DNA of 64,000 nt from an uncultured Gemmatimonadales bacterium (GTDB lineage Bacteria; Gemmatimonadota; Gemmatimonadetes; Gemmatimonadales; Gemmatimonadaceae): the NCBI GenBank assembly GCA_963707505.1, contig CAVPQB010000003.1, forward strand, positions 128,001 through 192,000. The letters run 5' to 3'. Positions within the stretch are counted from its first letter, which is position 1. Each line of letters starts with the position of its first letter. Below, one piece after another: positions 20,250 to 34,384 of the stretch. The position numbers and the translations under genes are program-made. The notes under the pieces were generated by a model that saw only the letters and a list, made by a program, of their open reading frames with translations, searched no databases and was not told the DNA's origin.

Positions 20250-21204
20250 AGGTCGTCAAAGGATCGGGGTCAGCGTACAACTCGGGCGACTCGCCAAGCG
20301 CAGCGAGTGATTTGTGGAGATCGTCCGGCAGCGGAGAGCGAAAATCCAAATGCTCACCTGAAACCGGATGATGGAACTGAAGCCATGCAGCGTGCAGGAA
20401 GTGCCGCTTCGCAGGAAGTGCCGCGAGACGCCGTCCACCGCCGCCACCATATACATCGTCACCCACCACCGGATGGCCGACTGAAGAGAGATGCACCCTT
20501 ATCTGGTGCGTCCGCCCGGTGTAAAGGTGAGCCCGAAGGAGGTCAACGCTGGCAAAGCGCGCAAGCCGGCGAAAATCCGTGCGTGCGTTCTTCCCTGTAC
20601 TGACGATTGCCATACGCTTCCGGTCTCGCGGATCGCGCGCGATTGGTTGGTCCACGGATAGAGTATCGGCAACGAGATGGCCCCAGGCCATCACGGCGTA
20701 CCGCCGTATTACACGTCTTGCCGCTATGGCGGCGCTCAGGCGCTGGTGTGCAACATCACTCTTGGCGACGATTAAAAGACCGGATGTCTCCTTGTCGAGG
20801 CGATGGACCAGCCCCGCCCTTTCCGGGCCGCCGCCCTCGGCGAGCTCACTGCCACGCCCCATCAGCGCGTTTACGAGGGTTCCCGTCCAGTTGCCCGGGG
20901 CGGGGTGAACGACCATTCCGGCAGCCTTGTCGACCACCAGCAGATCGGCGTCCTCGTACACGATCCTGAGTGGGATATCCTCGCCCTGGACGTCGCCGCG
21001 AGGCGATGCCGGAGCCGGTGTCGCGATCTCGATCAGGTCGTCGGCGGAGGCACGATAGGAGGCGCGCTCCCGGATGCCATTGACCGTAACATGCCCATTC
21101 GCGATGAGTGTGGCCGCCGCGGTTCTGGACTGGCCGAGTCTGGCGGCAACCAGCAGATCCAGTCGCGAGCCCGCCAGCTCGGCCGCGGCGAACGACTCAG
21201 ACGT
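20224..21204 (-). CDS. rluD: RluD/RluA-family pseudouridine synthase with S4 domain (start uncertain)
   Basis: KAAGMVVHP, HRLDKETSG and TGRTHQIRVH motifs. The in-frame upstream S4 region RLDLLVAARL..SRTAAATLI..GHVTVNG has no ATG/GTG/TTG before it. Confidence 0.9.
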   Translation of the reverse strand, partial: TSESFAAAELAGSRLDLLVAARLGQSRTAAATLIANGHVTVNGIRERASYRASADDLIEIATPAPASPRGDVQGEDIPLRIVYEDADLLVVDKAAGMVVHPAPGNWTGTLVNALMGRGSELAEGGGPERAGLVHRLDKETSGLLIVAKSDVAHQRLSAAIAARRVIRRYAVMAWGHLVADTLSVDQPIARDPRDRKRMAIVSTGKNARTDFRRLARFASVDLLRAHLYTGRTHQIRVHLSSVGHPVVGDDVYGGGGGRRLAALPAKRHFLHAAWLQFHHPVSGEHLDFRSPLPDDLHKSLAALGESPELYADPDPLTTFGFYNFPV

Positions 21205-21736
21205 CGCTAGCGGCCGCTACCCTCGCCGCCTCGCGATCCTGCTGCAGGAAGACCCATCCAAGCAGTATCGCGCCAATGGTCACAGCAGAATCGGCAACGT
21301 TGAACGTCCAGAACCGATGGTCACCGAGGCCGACATCGATGAAATCGACGACGCCGACCGACCAGCGAATTCGGTCTATGAGATTGCCGATTGCACCCGC
21401 CGACACCAGCGCCACTGCAAGCACGCGAGTGTAATCACCCTCGCGAGTCGAGCGATACAGTGATGCGAGCACGCCGAGGGCGACGAGGGTCAGGGCTGTG
21501 AATATCCAACGCGACGCGGAGCCCAGATTGAAGCCGAACGCCGCGCCGGGATTGTAAGCCAGCGTGAACCGAACGACGTTGCCAACTATTTCGTGCGGCG
21601 TGTATGCCGGAGTGAGCGAATACACAGCCATCGCCTTGGACGTGACGTCGAGCGCCACCACGACGATTATGACGCACCAGAAAATCCAGGGGTTGGCGGC
21701 CCCTGGACGTACGTCGTCAGGCTGACCGTTTGGCAT
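21197..21736 (-). CDS. lspA: Lipoprotein signal peptidase II
   Basis: YNPGAAFG, GAIGNLIDR, VVDFID and FNVADSA motifs. Confidence 0.95.
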   Translation of the reverse strand: MPNGQPDDVRPGAANPWIFWCVIIVVVALDVTSKAMAVYSLTPAYTPHEIVGNVVRFTLAYNPGAAFGFNLGSASRWIFTALTLVALGVLASLYRSTREGDYTRVLAVALVSAGAIGNLIDRIRWSVGVVDFIDVGLGDHRFWTFNVADSAVTIGAILLGWVFLQQDREAARVAAASDV

Positions 21737-22142
21737 CTTCCTCACGCTGTTTGCACTCGATGCAGTAACGCGCATGCGGCAACGCGTCGAGCCGCTCGAA
21801 CATGAGCGGAGCATGGCAGTTCATGCACTTGCCGTAATTGTCAGGATCGCGGTACAGCCTGCGAAGAGCCTGATCGATGTGCCAGAGGAAGCGACCCTCC
21901 TGGCTCGCGAAAAGGAACGCCTTCTCGCGCTCCATCGCATCAGTGCCCTGGTCAGCCATATGAAATGAATAGGCGCTCTCGCTGCCGCCGTCCTGGGCGG
22001 ACACGTTGAAAGCGTCGCTGTAATTACCAAGTTCCTTCACGACCCTCGAGCGCTCCTCGAGCAACCTCTTTTCGAAGTGTTTCAGGAACTGCTCACGCGT
22101 CATCGTCTTGGGCTTCTTGGCCCGTGTGGCGCTCGGTGTCAT
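21717..22142 (-). CDS. TraR/DksA-family C4 zinc-finger protein
   Basis: HMADQGTDAMERE coiled coil and YGKCMNC..ERLDALPHARYCIEC. ATG overlaps the ileS stop. Confidence 0.88.
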   Translation of the reverse strand: MTPSATRAKKPKTMTREQFLKHFEKRLLEERSRVVKELGNYSDAFNVSAQDGGSESAYSFHMADQGTDAMEREKAFLFASQEGRFLWHIDQALRRLYRDPDNYGKCMNCHAPLMFERLDALPHARYCIECKQREEDAKRSA

Positions 22143-25100
22143 AGTGATCCAATCCTGGTTAATGTGACGTCGGCGGCAAGCCCGTCGAGGTCGAGGTGGT
22201 ACGCCGGATGTGTCCCGTCGAGCAGCGGAACAGAATGTAACTCCGGGGCGAGAACCTCCGCGGAAATCCACTCGCGGTGCGCGGCCACCGCTTCTGTCAG
22301 CTCGGCACCGCCAGCGACCGTCAGAACGATCCTGTCGCTCACGGCGAAGCCCAGTTCCTTACGCAACCGCTGTACCCGATTCACGAGTTCGCGAGAGATG
22401 CCCTCACGACGAAGCTCGGGTGTGATGGTTGGATCGATCGCTGCGACGTAGCCGTCCCCGTACTTGACGATGAGATCGCCACTGGCCCGCCGGACGATCG
22501 TGACGTCTTCCAGAGCAAGCTCGTGCGCCTGGGTCGCGGTGGCGATCGTTACGGTCTCGCCATGCTCGAAGGCGGCGAGCGTGTCGGAGCCGAGCGCAGC
22601 TACGAGCGCGGCAGCTTGCGGCGTTTCCTTTGCGAATTTCTTACCCAGAGTCCTGAAGTTTGGTTTCGCCTCCAGGGTGACGAAATCATCCGCAGAGGAG
22701 GCGAAATCGACGCGCTTGACGTTGAGCTCGGAAGCAATGAGTGGTACGACACTGCGCAGAACGTCATCCGCAGCGTGAGTCGAAACCACGCAAAGCACGG
22801 ACGCCAGCGGCTGCCTCACCTTGATACTGACTTCCTCGCGCGCCGCGCGGCCGAGCGTCGCGAGAGCGCGCACGTCAGCCATCGCTCGCTCGAGCTCGGC
22901 GTCGATGCGCGTAGGCTCGGAGCGTACGTACGGCGCAACGTGAACCGACTCGCCCGTCAGCTCCTGATGAATCCAGTCGCTCACGAATGGCGCGAAGGGC
23001 GCCAGCAATCGACACGTAACGGTGAGTATCTCATGCAACGTCGCGAATGCGGCGCGGTTGTCACTCGTGTCGACATCGTAGAAGCGATGACGATTCAGCC
23101 TGACGTACCAGTTGGAGACGTCGTCCATGAAAAAATCCATGACCGCGTTCACCGCATGGGTCGCCTGATACTCGCGAAGCAGCTGATCGCAGCGCTGCTC
23201 GACGTTGGACAGCCGCGACAGCACCCAGCGATCGATCGGTTGACGGTCATCCGGCGCGGGATCATCGAGCGATGGCGACCAACCGAAGTTGGCGTAGGTC
23301 GCGAATATCCCGCTGTACACGTTCTTGAGCGTGAGCAGGAAGCGACCGATCGTCTCGCGAATCAATGATTCGTCGAACCGGCGCGGCAGCCATACCTGAC
23401 TCGACGCGACGAGGAACATTCGCACCGCATCCGCGCCATGTGTCTCGAGAACCTTCCATGGCTCGACGGCATTACCGCGGCTCTTGGACATCTTGACACC
23501 GTCCTTGTCGAGAACGAGGTCGTTCACGACGACGCTCCGATACGGCGCGGCATTGCCGGCGGTGTCGCTGAGCGAACTGCCGAGGCCGGTCGCGATCGCC
23601 AGAAGCGAATAGAACCAGCCACGCGTCTGATCGACACCTTCGGCAATCAGATCCGCGGGATAGTGGCGTGCAAAAGTGTCGCGCCGCTCGAATGGATAGT
23701 GCCATTGCGCGAACGGCATCGAGCCGGAATCGAACCACGTGTCGATCACTTCCGGCACGCGGCGCATCGTACCATGTCCTGACGGGGCGGGCCACGTGTA
23801 GTGATCGATGAACGGCTTGTGCGGATCGAAGTCGGCCGGGAGCGCGTGGCCGACGCGTGCCGCGAGGTCTGCATAGCTACCGATTACGTCGATCTCCGTC
23901 GGATCCGTATCGTTCACCCAGACAGGAAGCGGCGTGCCCCAATATCTGTCGCGCGATATCGCCCAGTCGATGTTGTTCTCCAGCCATTCACCGAAGCGAC
24001 CTGAGCCAACTTCGGGCGGATGCCAGTCGACCGAGGCGTTGCGTCGCAGCATGTCGTCCTTGAAGCCGGTGGTGCGCACGAACCACGACGTGCGTGCGTA
24101 ATACAGCAACGGCGTATCGCAGCGCCAGCAGTGCGGATAACTGTGCTCGTACTGCTGCACCTTCCACAGAGTACCACGACGCTTGAGCTCGTCGATGATG
24201 ACCTTGTCGGCGTCCTTGACCCACATGCCACCGACCAGCGGCAACGTGTCGGGAAAGCGTCCGCGTGCATCGACGGGCTGCAAAAACGACAGTCCGTGTC
24301 GCTTGCCCGCGGCGTAATCATCCGCGCCGAAAGCGGGCGCCATGTGCACGACGCCGGATCCGTCCTCGGCCGTGACGAACGACTCACCGACGATTATCTC
24401 GTGCGCGCCGTCGCTCATCGCTACCCAATCGAGCGGGCGATGATAGCGGAGACCAACGAGCTCGGCGCCAGCGAAGCTGGAAATCTCCTTCCAGCGATCA
24501 GCGTGATCCTCGCCCAGCAGCGCGTTGACGCGAGCTTCCGCGAGTATGAGCGATCCCTCGCCGTCCTTGCCGATGCGAACCAACTCGACGTACTGCAGCG
24601 TCGGATTCACGGCGAGCGCCACGTTGGAAACGAGCGTCCACGGCGTGGTCGTCCAAACAAGGATTCTGCGCGGAGTCGCCGAAGTTCCCTGCAACGTCAA
24701 CGCGACATATGCGCTCGGATCCTTTACAGTCTTGTAGCCCTGCGCAACTTCGTGCGAGGAGAGCGCAGTCCCGCAGCGCGGGCAGTACGGCAGAATCTTG
24801 TGCCCGCGGTACAGCAGATCGCGCTCGAACAGCGTCTTCAACGCCCACCACACGCTCTCGACGTAGGTGTTCGTGTACGTGATATAGGGATCGTCGTAAT
24901 CCAGCCAGTAACCGATGCGCTCGCTGAGACGCTTCCAGTCCTCACCGTACCTGAACACGCTTTCCTTGCACAGCGCATTGAACTTCTCGACACCGATGCG
25001 CTCGATCTCCTGCTTGCCGGAGATTCCGAGCTGCTTCTCGACTTCGATCTCCACCGGAAGTCCGTGCGTGTCCCAGCCCGCCTTTCGCGTGACATGAAAA

Positions 25101-25357
25101 CCCGACATCGAGCGATGACGGCAGAAGAGATCCTTGACCGTTCGCGCGAAAACGTGGTGGATGCCAGGACGTCCGTTGGCGGTCGGCGGTCCCTCGAAGA
25201 AAACGAACTCGGGGCGGCCAGCGCTGTCGCGCTGAATACGCCTGAACAATTCTTCTTCGGACCAGCGCGCGAGAACTTCCTGCTCCAGCCCGTCAGCTGC
25301 CCGGTCAGCCGGCAACAACCGATAACGCGTCACTACGGGCGCTTCCTGTGCTCCCAA
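22139..25357 (-). CDS. ileS: Isoleucine--tRNA ligase, type 2
   Basis: EGPPTANG, GWDTHGLPVE, WTTTPWTL, DWAISRDRYWG and KMSKS motifs, with a type-2 C-terminus. Start may be GTG 25333. Confidence 0.97.
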   Translation of the reverse strand: MGAQEAPVVTRYRLLPADRAADGLEQEVLARWSEEELFRRIQRDSAGRPEFVFFEGPPTANGRPGIHHVFARTVKDLFCRHRSMSGFHVTRKAGWDTHGLPVEIEVEKQLGISGKQEIERIGVEKFNALCKESVFRYGEDWKRLSERIGYWLDYDDPYITYTNTYVESVWWALKTLFERDLLYRGHKILPYCPRCGTALSSHEVAQGYKTVKDPSAYVALTLQGTSATPRRILVWTTTPWTLVSNVALAVNPTLQYVELVRIGKDGEGSLILAEARVNALLGEDHADRWKEISSFAGAELVGLRYHRPLDWVAMSDGAHEIIVGESFVTAEDGSGVVHMAPAFGADDYAAGKRHGLSFLQPVDARGRFPDTLPLVGGMWVKDADKVIIDELKRRGTLWKVQQYEHSYPHCWRCDTPLLYYARTSWFVRTTGFKDDMLRRNASVDWHPPEVGSGRFGEWLENNIDWAISRDRYWGTPLPVWVNDTDPTEIDVIGSYADLAARVGHALPADFDPHKPFIDHYTWPAPSGHGTMRRVPEVIDTWFDSGSMPFAQWHYPFERRDTFARHYPADLIAEGVDQTRGWFYSLLAIATGLGSSLSDTAGNAAPYRSVVVNDLVLDKDGVKMSKSRGNAVEPWKVLETHGADAVRMFLVASSQVWLPRRFDESLIRETIGRFLLTLKNVYSGIFATYANFGWSPSLDDPAPDDRQPIDRWVLSRLSNVEQRCDQLLREYQATHAVNAVMDFFMDDVSNWYVRLNRHRFYDVDTSDNRAAFATLHEILTVTCRLLAPFAPFVSDWIHQELTGESVHVAPYVRSEPTRIDAELERAMADVRALATLGRAAREEVSIKVRQPLASVLCVVSTHAADDVLRSVVPLIASELNVKRVDFASSADDFVTLEAKPNFRTLGKKFAKETPQAAALVAALGSDTLAAFEHGETVTIATATQAHELALEDVTIVRRASGDLIVKYGDGYVAAIDPTITPELRREGISRELVNRVQRLRKELGFAVSDRIVLTVAGGAELTEAVAAHREWISAEVLAPELHSVPLLDGTHPAYHLDLDGLAADVTLTRIGSL

Positions 25358-25361
25358 GACT

Positions 25362-25844
25362 CTACTCCCCTGTGCCGGGAACCGGACGTTCCGATGCGTC
25401 GATTTCCGAGAGGTGGCGCGTGATCAACGTGCGCATCTGCGACAGATAGCTGCGTCGCGCGCGTTCCAGCACTGCAAGCTCGTCCTGCACGCGTCGCACT
25501 TCCGCGCGCACCTCGTCCAGGAGGCGCTCGCCCTCCCCCTGCGCCTCTCTCACGATGAGCATCGCCTCGCGCTCCGCCTGCTCCTTGGTCTCCTGACGAA
25601 GCTGCTGCGCCGAAACGAGAGCGTCGTTGAGTGCACGATCACGCTCGCGAAATGCGCGCAGCTGCTCGTGGAACGAGCGCGCCTTCTGGTCCAGGTCCTG
25701 ATTGATGCGCGTGAGCCGCTCCATCTCCTCCGCGACCTGATCGCGAAACTGGTCGACGCGCGCAGGATCGTACCCGCGCAGGGCGCGTCCGAAATCAAAG
25801 CGCCGGACATCGAGTGGCGTCAGATGGAATGCTTCATCAATCAT
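25362..25844 (-). CDS. divIVA: DivIVA-domain protein
   Basis: LTPLDVRRFDFGRALRGYDPARVDQF N-terminal motif plus a long coiled coil. Confidence 0.9.
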   Translation of the reverse strand: MIDEAFHLTPLDVRRFDFGRALRGYDPARVDQFRDQVAEEMERLTRINQDLDQKARSFHEQLRAFRERDRALNDALVSAQQLRQETKEQAEREAMLIVREAQGEGERLLDEVRAEVRRVQDELAVLERARRSYLSQMRTLITRHLSEIDASERPVPGTGE

Positions 25845-26530
25845 AGATCGCGAGCTCCAAAGAGAGCGGTGCCGAGCCGGACCAGTGTGGCCCCTTCTTC
25901 GACAGCTATCTCATAGTCGTTAGACATCCCCATGGACAGCTCGGTAGCCGGGTGACCCGCATCCGCCAGAACCTGACGAGCGTGTCGTGCACCGGCGAAC
26001 GTCTGTCGCAACACAAGCTCGGATGCATCCAACGGAGCCATCGTCATCGCACCGACGACGCGAATACCCGGCATGCCCGTCAAACGATCCGCTTCTGCAC
26101 GCAACTCCTCGGGCGAGAATCCGCCCTTGCTAGCCTCCCCCGATGCGTTGACCTGAATCAATGCGTCCACCGCGCGCTTGCGCTTCAATCCAAAGTCGCA
26201 GACCGCGTCGGCGAGACGCCTGCTGTCGAGCGAATGCAGCAACGCAAAGTGCTCCAGCTCGTGGACCTTGTTTCGCTGCAGATGGCCAATGAGATGCCAC
26301 ACAACTGGCACATCCACCTGCGCCATCTTCTCCAACGCTTCCTGAATCCGGTTCTCGCCACAGTCGGGGACACCTGCCTCCCACGCCTCGACGGCGGCCT
26401 CGGGACCATGTGTCTTGGTCACGGCAACGAGCTTCACGTTCTGGCCGTGTCCTCCGCGTGCGGCCGCGGCCGCCAGGAGTCCACGGATCTCCGCGACCCT
26501 CTCGGGGAGATTCGGAAAATGCATAGCCAT
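25841..26530 (-). CDS. yggS: YggS/PLPBP pyridoxal phosphate homeostasis protein
   Basis: LVAVTKT, GENRIQE, WHLIGHLQRNK and LSMGMSND..A.EEGAT.VR.GT motifs. Confidence 0.95.
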   Translation of the reverse strand: MAMHFPNLPERVAEIRGLLAAAAARGGHGQNVKLVAVTKTHGPEAAVEAWEAGVPDCGENRIQEALEKMAQVDVPVVWHLIGHLQRNKVHELEHFALLHSLDSRRLADAVCDFGLKRKRAVDALIQVNASGEASKGGFSPEELRAEADRLTGMPGIRVVGAMTMAPLDASELVLRQTFAGARHARQVLADAGHPATELSMGMSNDYEIAVEEGATLVRLGTALFGARDL

Positions 26531-26701
26531 GAAATTTAACTACGGCGAGGTGGCGAAAGGCTGTGGCGGCGCGTAGCCTGCGGGCAGCCCGCCCGAGCGA
26601 CGGACTCGCATCGGCGAGCCGTAACCGGTCGTGGCCAGCCGTGGCCGCTCGTCGCCGGCCCAGCCCCGACCAGGAAAAACCGGCCCCTTCAACTTGCGCC
26701 C

Positions 26702-26725
26702 GAAAGGATATATCTTTCCATCCGG

Positions 26726-26735
<10 letters not shown>
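26702..26735 (+). promoter_or_regulatory. Putative promoter/operator of the sahR-ahcY operon
   Basis: Inverted repeats GAAAG-N7-CTTTC (26702-26718) and ATCCG-N6-CGGAT (26720-26735) overlap a TATCTT -10-like box and the first ATG. Confidence 0.45.
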
Positions 26736-29310
<2,575 letters not shown>

Positions 29311-29330
29311 GCCTGGATCGTGTTGAGAGT

Positions 29331-29376
29331 CGTCATTCCCGACATACCGTCATTCCCGCGAAAGCGGGAATGACGG
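29331..29376. repeat. REP-like palindrome, possibly a bidirectional terminator
   Basis: Perfect 13-bp stem CCGTCATTCCCGC-GAAA-GCGGGAATGACGG (29347-29376) plus a partial copy CGTCATTCCCG at 29331, between convergent genes. Confidence 0.75.
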
Positions 29377-29405
29377 CTTCCAATAAGGATCTCCCCAATC
29401 GTATT

Positions 29406-30986
29406 TCATCGCTGGATGAATGGCGACTTGACTACATCCCTGCCCTGTTCCGCGGCGTTCTTCTCCAAGTTCGCGAGAGTTGGACGCCTGCCTCGCCACT
29501 CGCTCACGAAGTTTGAGTCCAACAGGTGATGCCTGCGTTGCAGTTCGGCGCGATACCATTCGGGTGGTAACAGCGGGATCGTCACAATAGTTACGTCGCG
29601 GCGCATCCCGAGAACTTCCTGCATGTACCAGAGGGGATAGGTGTCGTTGTCGCCGTTCGCCAGGAACACCGCGTTCTGAGGCACGGCGCCAAGTATCGCC
29701 CTGGAACCCCGCTCCGCGCGCTGCTGTTCATCGTGGCGGATCGCATGCACTGCCGACCAGTTGAGCGCACCGGGAAGCGCAGCTATGGCAACCGCCGCGA
29801 CGAGGATCGGGCCTGTCTTGACGGATCCCTGGCGGCGGTGTGCGATCCGGCGTGCAAGCTGCACGGCGCCGAATCCCGCCCATGCTCCCCAACACACGAA
29901 CGCCCACGTGAAGAAATAATCGCGATCGCGCGCTTCGTGCGGAACACCTGGCGGTATGATACCGGCGCCGTATGATGCGCCCGCGCGGAGATTGAGATAT
30001 AGTACGACGCCGATGCTGGTGGTGATCAGAAGTACCATCCACGTGAGCCAGCTTGCGCGATCGATCGACCTGTGGCGTATCGACCCGTAAATGCCAAGCA
30101 GCGCATACAGCACGGTCGCCGATGTACGCGCGAACGTCGGGCCGGGATCCGGGCCGAGCCCCAGTGCCACCTGCCAGTCAGCGTACTCCAGCACATTGCC
30201 AAACTGCAGCCATAGTGGCGCGCGACGGGGCCAGAGCGGTGCGACGTCGTACTGATGTCGTTGGATTACATCTATCAACGCCCCGATCGACGCTGGGTTG
30301 CCCTGATTGATTGCAGGATCATGCCACGCACGAAGCAACATGAACAGAACGACCGAACCGCCGACGAGGGATAGTACCAGGCCGAGAGCCAGGTATCGCG
30401 CTCTGGGCTTCTCGCGCGCGGAGAAGAATGCGTACAGCGCGGCTGGTACGACCAGCAGTGATGTCAGATGCAGCGACCATCCCAGTCCGCACGCATAGAG
30501 CGTGAGCAGAACCCAACGCGCGCCGAGTGTCAGGGCGTACTGTCGGGCGCACCACAGGATCGCGAATGCGCCGAACAGAGCGCACGCATATACCTCGGTT
30601 TCCGTGGCATTGAGCCACACGGTCGACATGAAACCGGCGGTGAGCGCACCAGCGAACGCCGCGAGCCCGTCACCCGTGGCGCGCCAGAAGATGTTTGCAA
30701 CGAGGCCAAACGCAGTTGCGGTAGCGAGCGCGGAGAACGCATTGACCGCGATCGTGAATCCGACCACGGGCGACGCGATCATGCTCCAAACGTGCGCCAT
30801 CAGCACGAAGAGCGGAGTTCCAGGCGGATGCGGAATTCCGAGCGAATGAATCGCTGCCAGAAATTCACCCGCGTCCCAGTACGTCATCCCCCTCGCCAGT
30901 GTCAGGCAGTAGACGACGAACAGTAATGCTGCCGCGGCGACGTCGGGCCTGACGACGCGCAGGGTCGCGCCGCGAACGCGTGTCAC
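29406..30986 (-). CDS. DUF2723 (TMEM260-like) multi-pass membrane protein
   Basis: YWDAGEFLAA..LGIPHPPGTPL, ETEVYA and GDNDTYPLWY motifs with many TMs. Confidence 0.8.
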   Translation of the reverse strand: MTRVRGATLRVVRPDVAAAALLFVVYCLTLARGMTYWDAGEFLAAIHSLGIPHPPGTPLFVLMAHVWSMIASPVVGFTIAVNAFSALATATAFGLVANIFWRATGDGLAAFAGALTAGFMSTVWLNATETEVYACALFGAFAILWCARQYALTLGARWVLLTLYACGLGWSLHLTSLLVVPAALYAFFSAREKPRARYLALGLVLSLVGGSVVLFMLLRAWHDPAINQGNPASIGALIDVIQRHQYDVAPLWPRRAPLWLQFGNVLEYADWQVALGLGPDPGPTFARTSATVLYALLGIYGSIRHRSIDRASWLTWMVLLITTSIGVVLYLNLRAGASYGAGIIPPGVPHEARDRDYFFTWAFVCWGAWAGFGAVQLARRIAHRRQGSVKTGPILVAAVAIAALPGALNWSAVHAIRHDEQQRAERGSRAILGAVPQNAVFLANGDNDTYPLWYMQEVLGMRRDVTIVTIPLLPPEWYRAELQRRHHLLDSNFVSEWRGRRPTLANLEKNAAEQGRDVVKSPFIQR

Positions 30987-31582
30987 GCGCGCATTTCGCC
31001 CGCTGTTACGTGATCGTTGGTGAGACGTGGCATCTGACCGCCGAGTATCTCACGCAATTCGAGCGTGGTTAGCGAGTGATACATCGTTCCCTTGTAGGCG
31101 ACTGATATCGAAGCGTTCTCCTCGCTCACTACGACGACGAGTGAATCGGTCTCCTCGCTCAGTCCGAGCGCGGCGCGGTGACGCGTGCCCATCATGCGAT
31201 CGGGCAACGCGGACTGCGAAAGTGGAAGTATGCATCCGGCGCCGACAATGACGTTACCGCGAATTATCACAGCCCCGTCGTGCAGCGGCGTGTACGGCGT
31301 GAAGATCGTGACGATGAGGTCGGACGACGCGTTTGCCTGCAACTCTGTTCCGGTATCCGCATACTCGGTCAGGGTCATATCCTGCTCCAGCACGATAATC
31401 GCGCCATGCGACGACCGGCTCAGGCGATCCACGGCATCCACGACTTCCTCGGCGATCTCGATTCGCGGAACGCGGCGCAGGAAGCGCGCGGTGCGTGGAT
31501 TACGCATGCGGTAGAAGATCGCGCGCACCTCGGGCTGGAAAAGGATGAGCGCCGCGATCACCGCCAACTCGATCCACGTCAC
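30983..31582 (-). CDS. cdaA: Diadenylate cyclase (DisA_N/CdaA-like) with one N-terminal hydrophobic segment
   Basis: FQPEVR, TPLHDGAVII, GTRHRAALG and VVSEE motifs. Confidence 0.9.
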   Translation of the reverse strand: MTWIELAVIAALILFQPEVRAIFYRMRNPRTARFLRRVPRIEIAEEVVDAVDRLSRSSHGAIIVLEQDMTLTEYADTGTELQANASSDLIVTIFTPYTPLHDGAVIIRGNVIVGAGCILPLSQSALPDRMMGTRHRAALGLSEETDSLVVVVSEENASISVAYKGTMYHSLTTLELREILGGQMPRLTNDHVTAGEMRA

Positions 31583-32386
31583 GCACCCGCCCCGAGGATT
31601 GCGGCGGCGGCATCGAGCGCGTGGCGATTGTCCCGCACATCGTGCACGCGGAACCAGGTCGCGCCGAGGGTCAGCGCGACCACGTTTGCTCCGATGGTCC
31701 CTGCGTCCCGCTCAGCTGGCTTCGTCACGCCTGTCAACTCTCCAATGAACCGTTTGCGCGATGCGCCAACCATCACCTGAAAGTCAAGGTCGGCCAATCG
31801 CGCAAGATGCGCAAGTGCCTGCACAGAATGCTCGGTACGCTTGGAGAATCCGACGCCTGGATCGAGTACTATCCGGTCCCGAGCGACGCCAGCCGCGAGC
31901 GCTTTTTTTGCCGCTGGCTCGAGCTCCCGGATGATCTCGCCCATCACATCGCCGTAGCCAGCATTCTCGTAGCTGGCCATGTTCCCCACATTACCGCGTG
32001 AGTGCATGAGCACGAGCGTACATCCCGCGGATGCGCAAACGTCCGCGATGCGAGTATCCAGTCGAAGCGCGGAAACGTCGTTGACGACCGTCGCCCCCGC
32101 TACAACGGCAGCGGCCGCGACTTCGAATTTTACCGTGTCCACCGCGACGCGCGTGGACGGCCAGCGTTTCACGATCTCGTCGATTACCGGTAGTACCCGT
32201 GCGATCTCATCGGCGAACTCAACCGGCGTAGCGCCCGGCCGGGTCGACTCGCCCCCGACCTCGATCACGTCCGCTCCATCCTGGATCATCCGACCTGCAT
32301 GATCGATCGCCTGATGGAATGGTAAAAAATTACCCCCGTCGCTAAAGCTGTCGGGGGTAACGTTGAGTATTCCGACTATAGTCGGC

Positions 32387-32394
<8 letters not shown>
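31579..32394 (-). CDS. folP: Dihydropteroate synthase (start uncertain, probably CTG 32394)
   Basis: In-frame upstream IVGILNVTPDSFSDGG, then GGESTRPG, DPGVGF, GASRK and RVHDV. Confidence 0.93.

Positions 32395-34384
<1,990 letters not shown>

Noticed and set aside
25358..25361. T-box leader for ileS
   Set aside because: divIVA ends a few bases before the ileS ORF, leaving no room for a leader.
22277..25423. Long plus-strand ORFs (363 and 467 aa) over ileS
   Set aside because: Antisense shadows of a well-supported gene.
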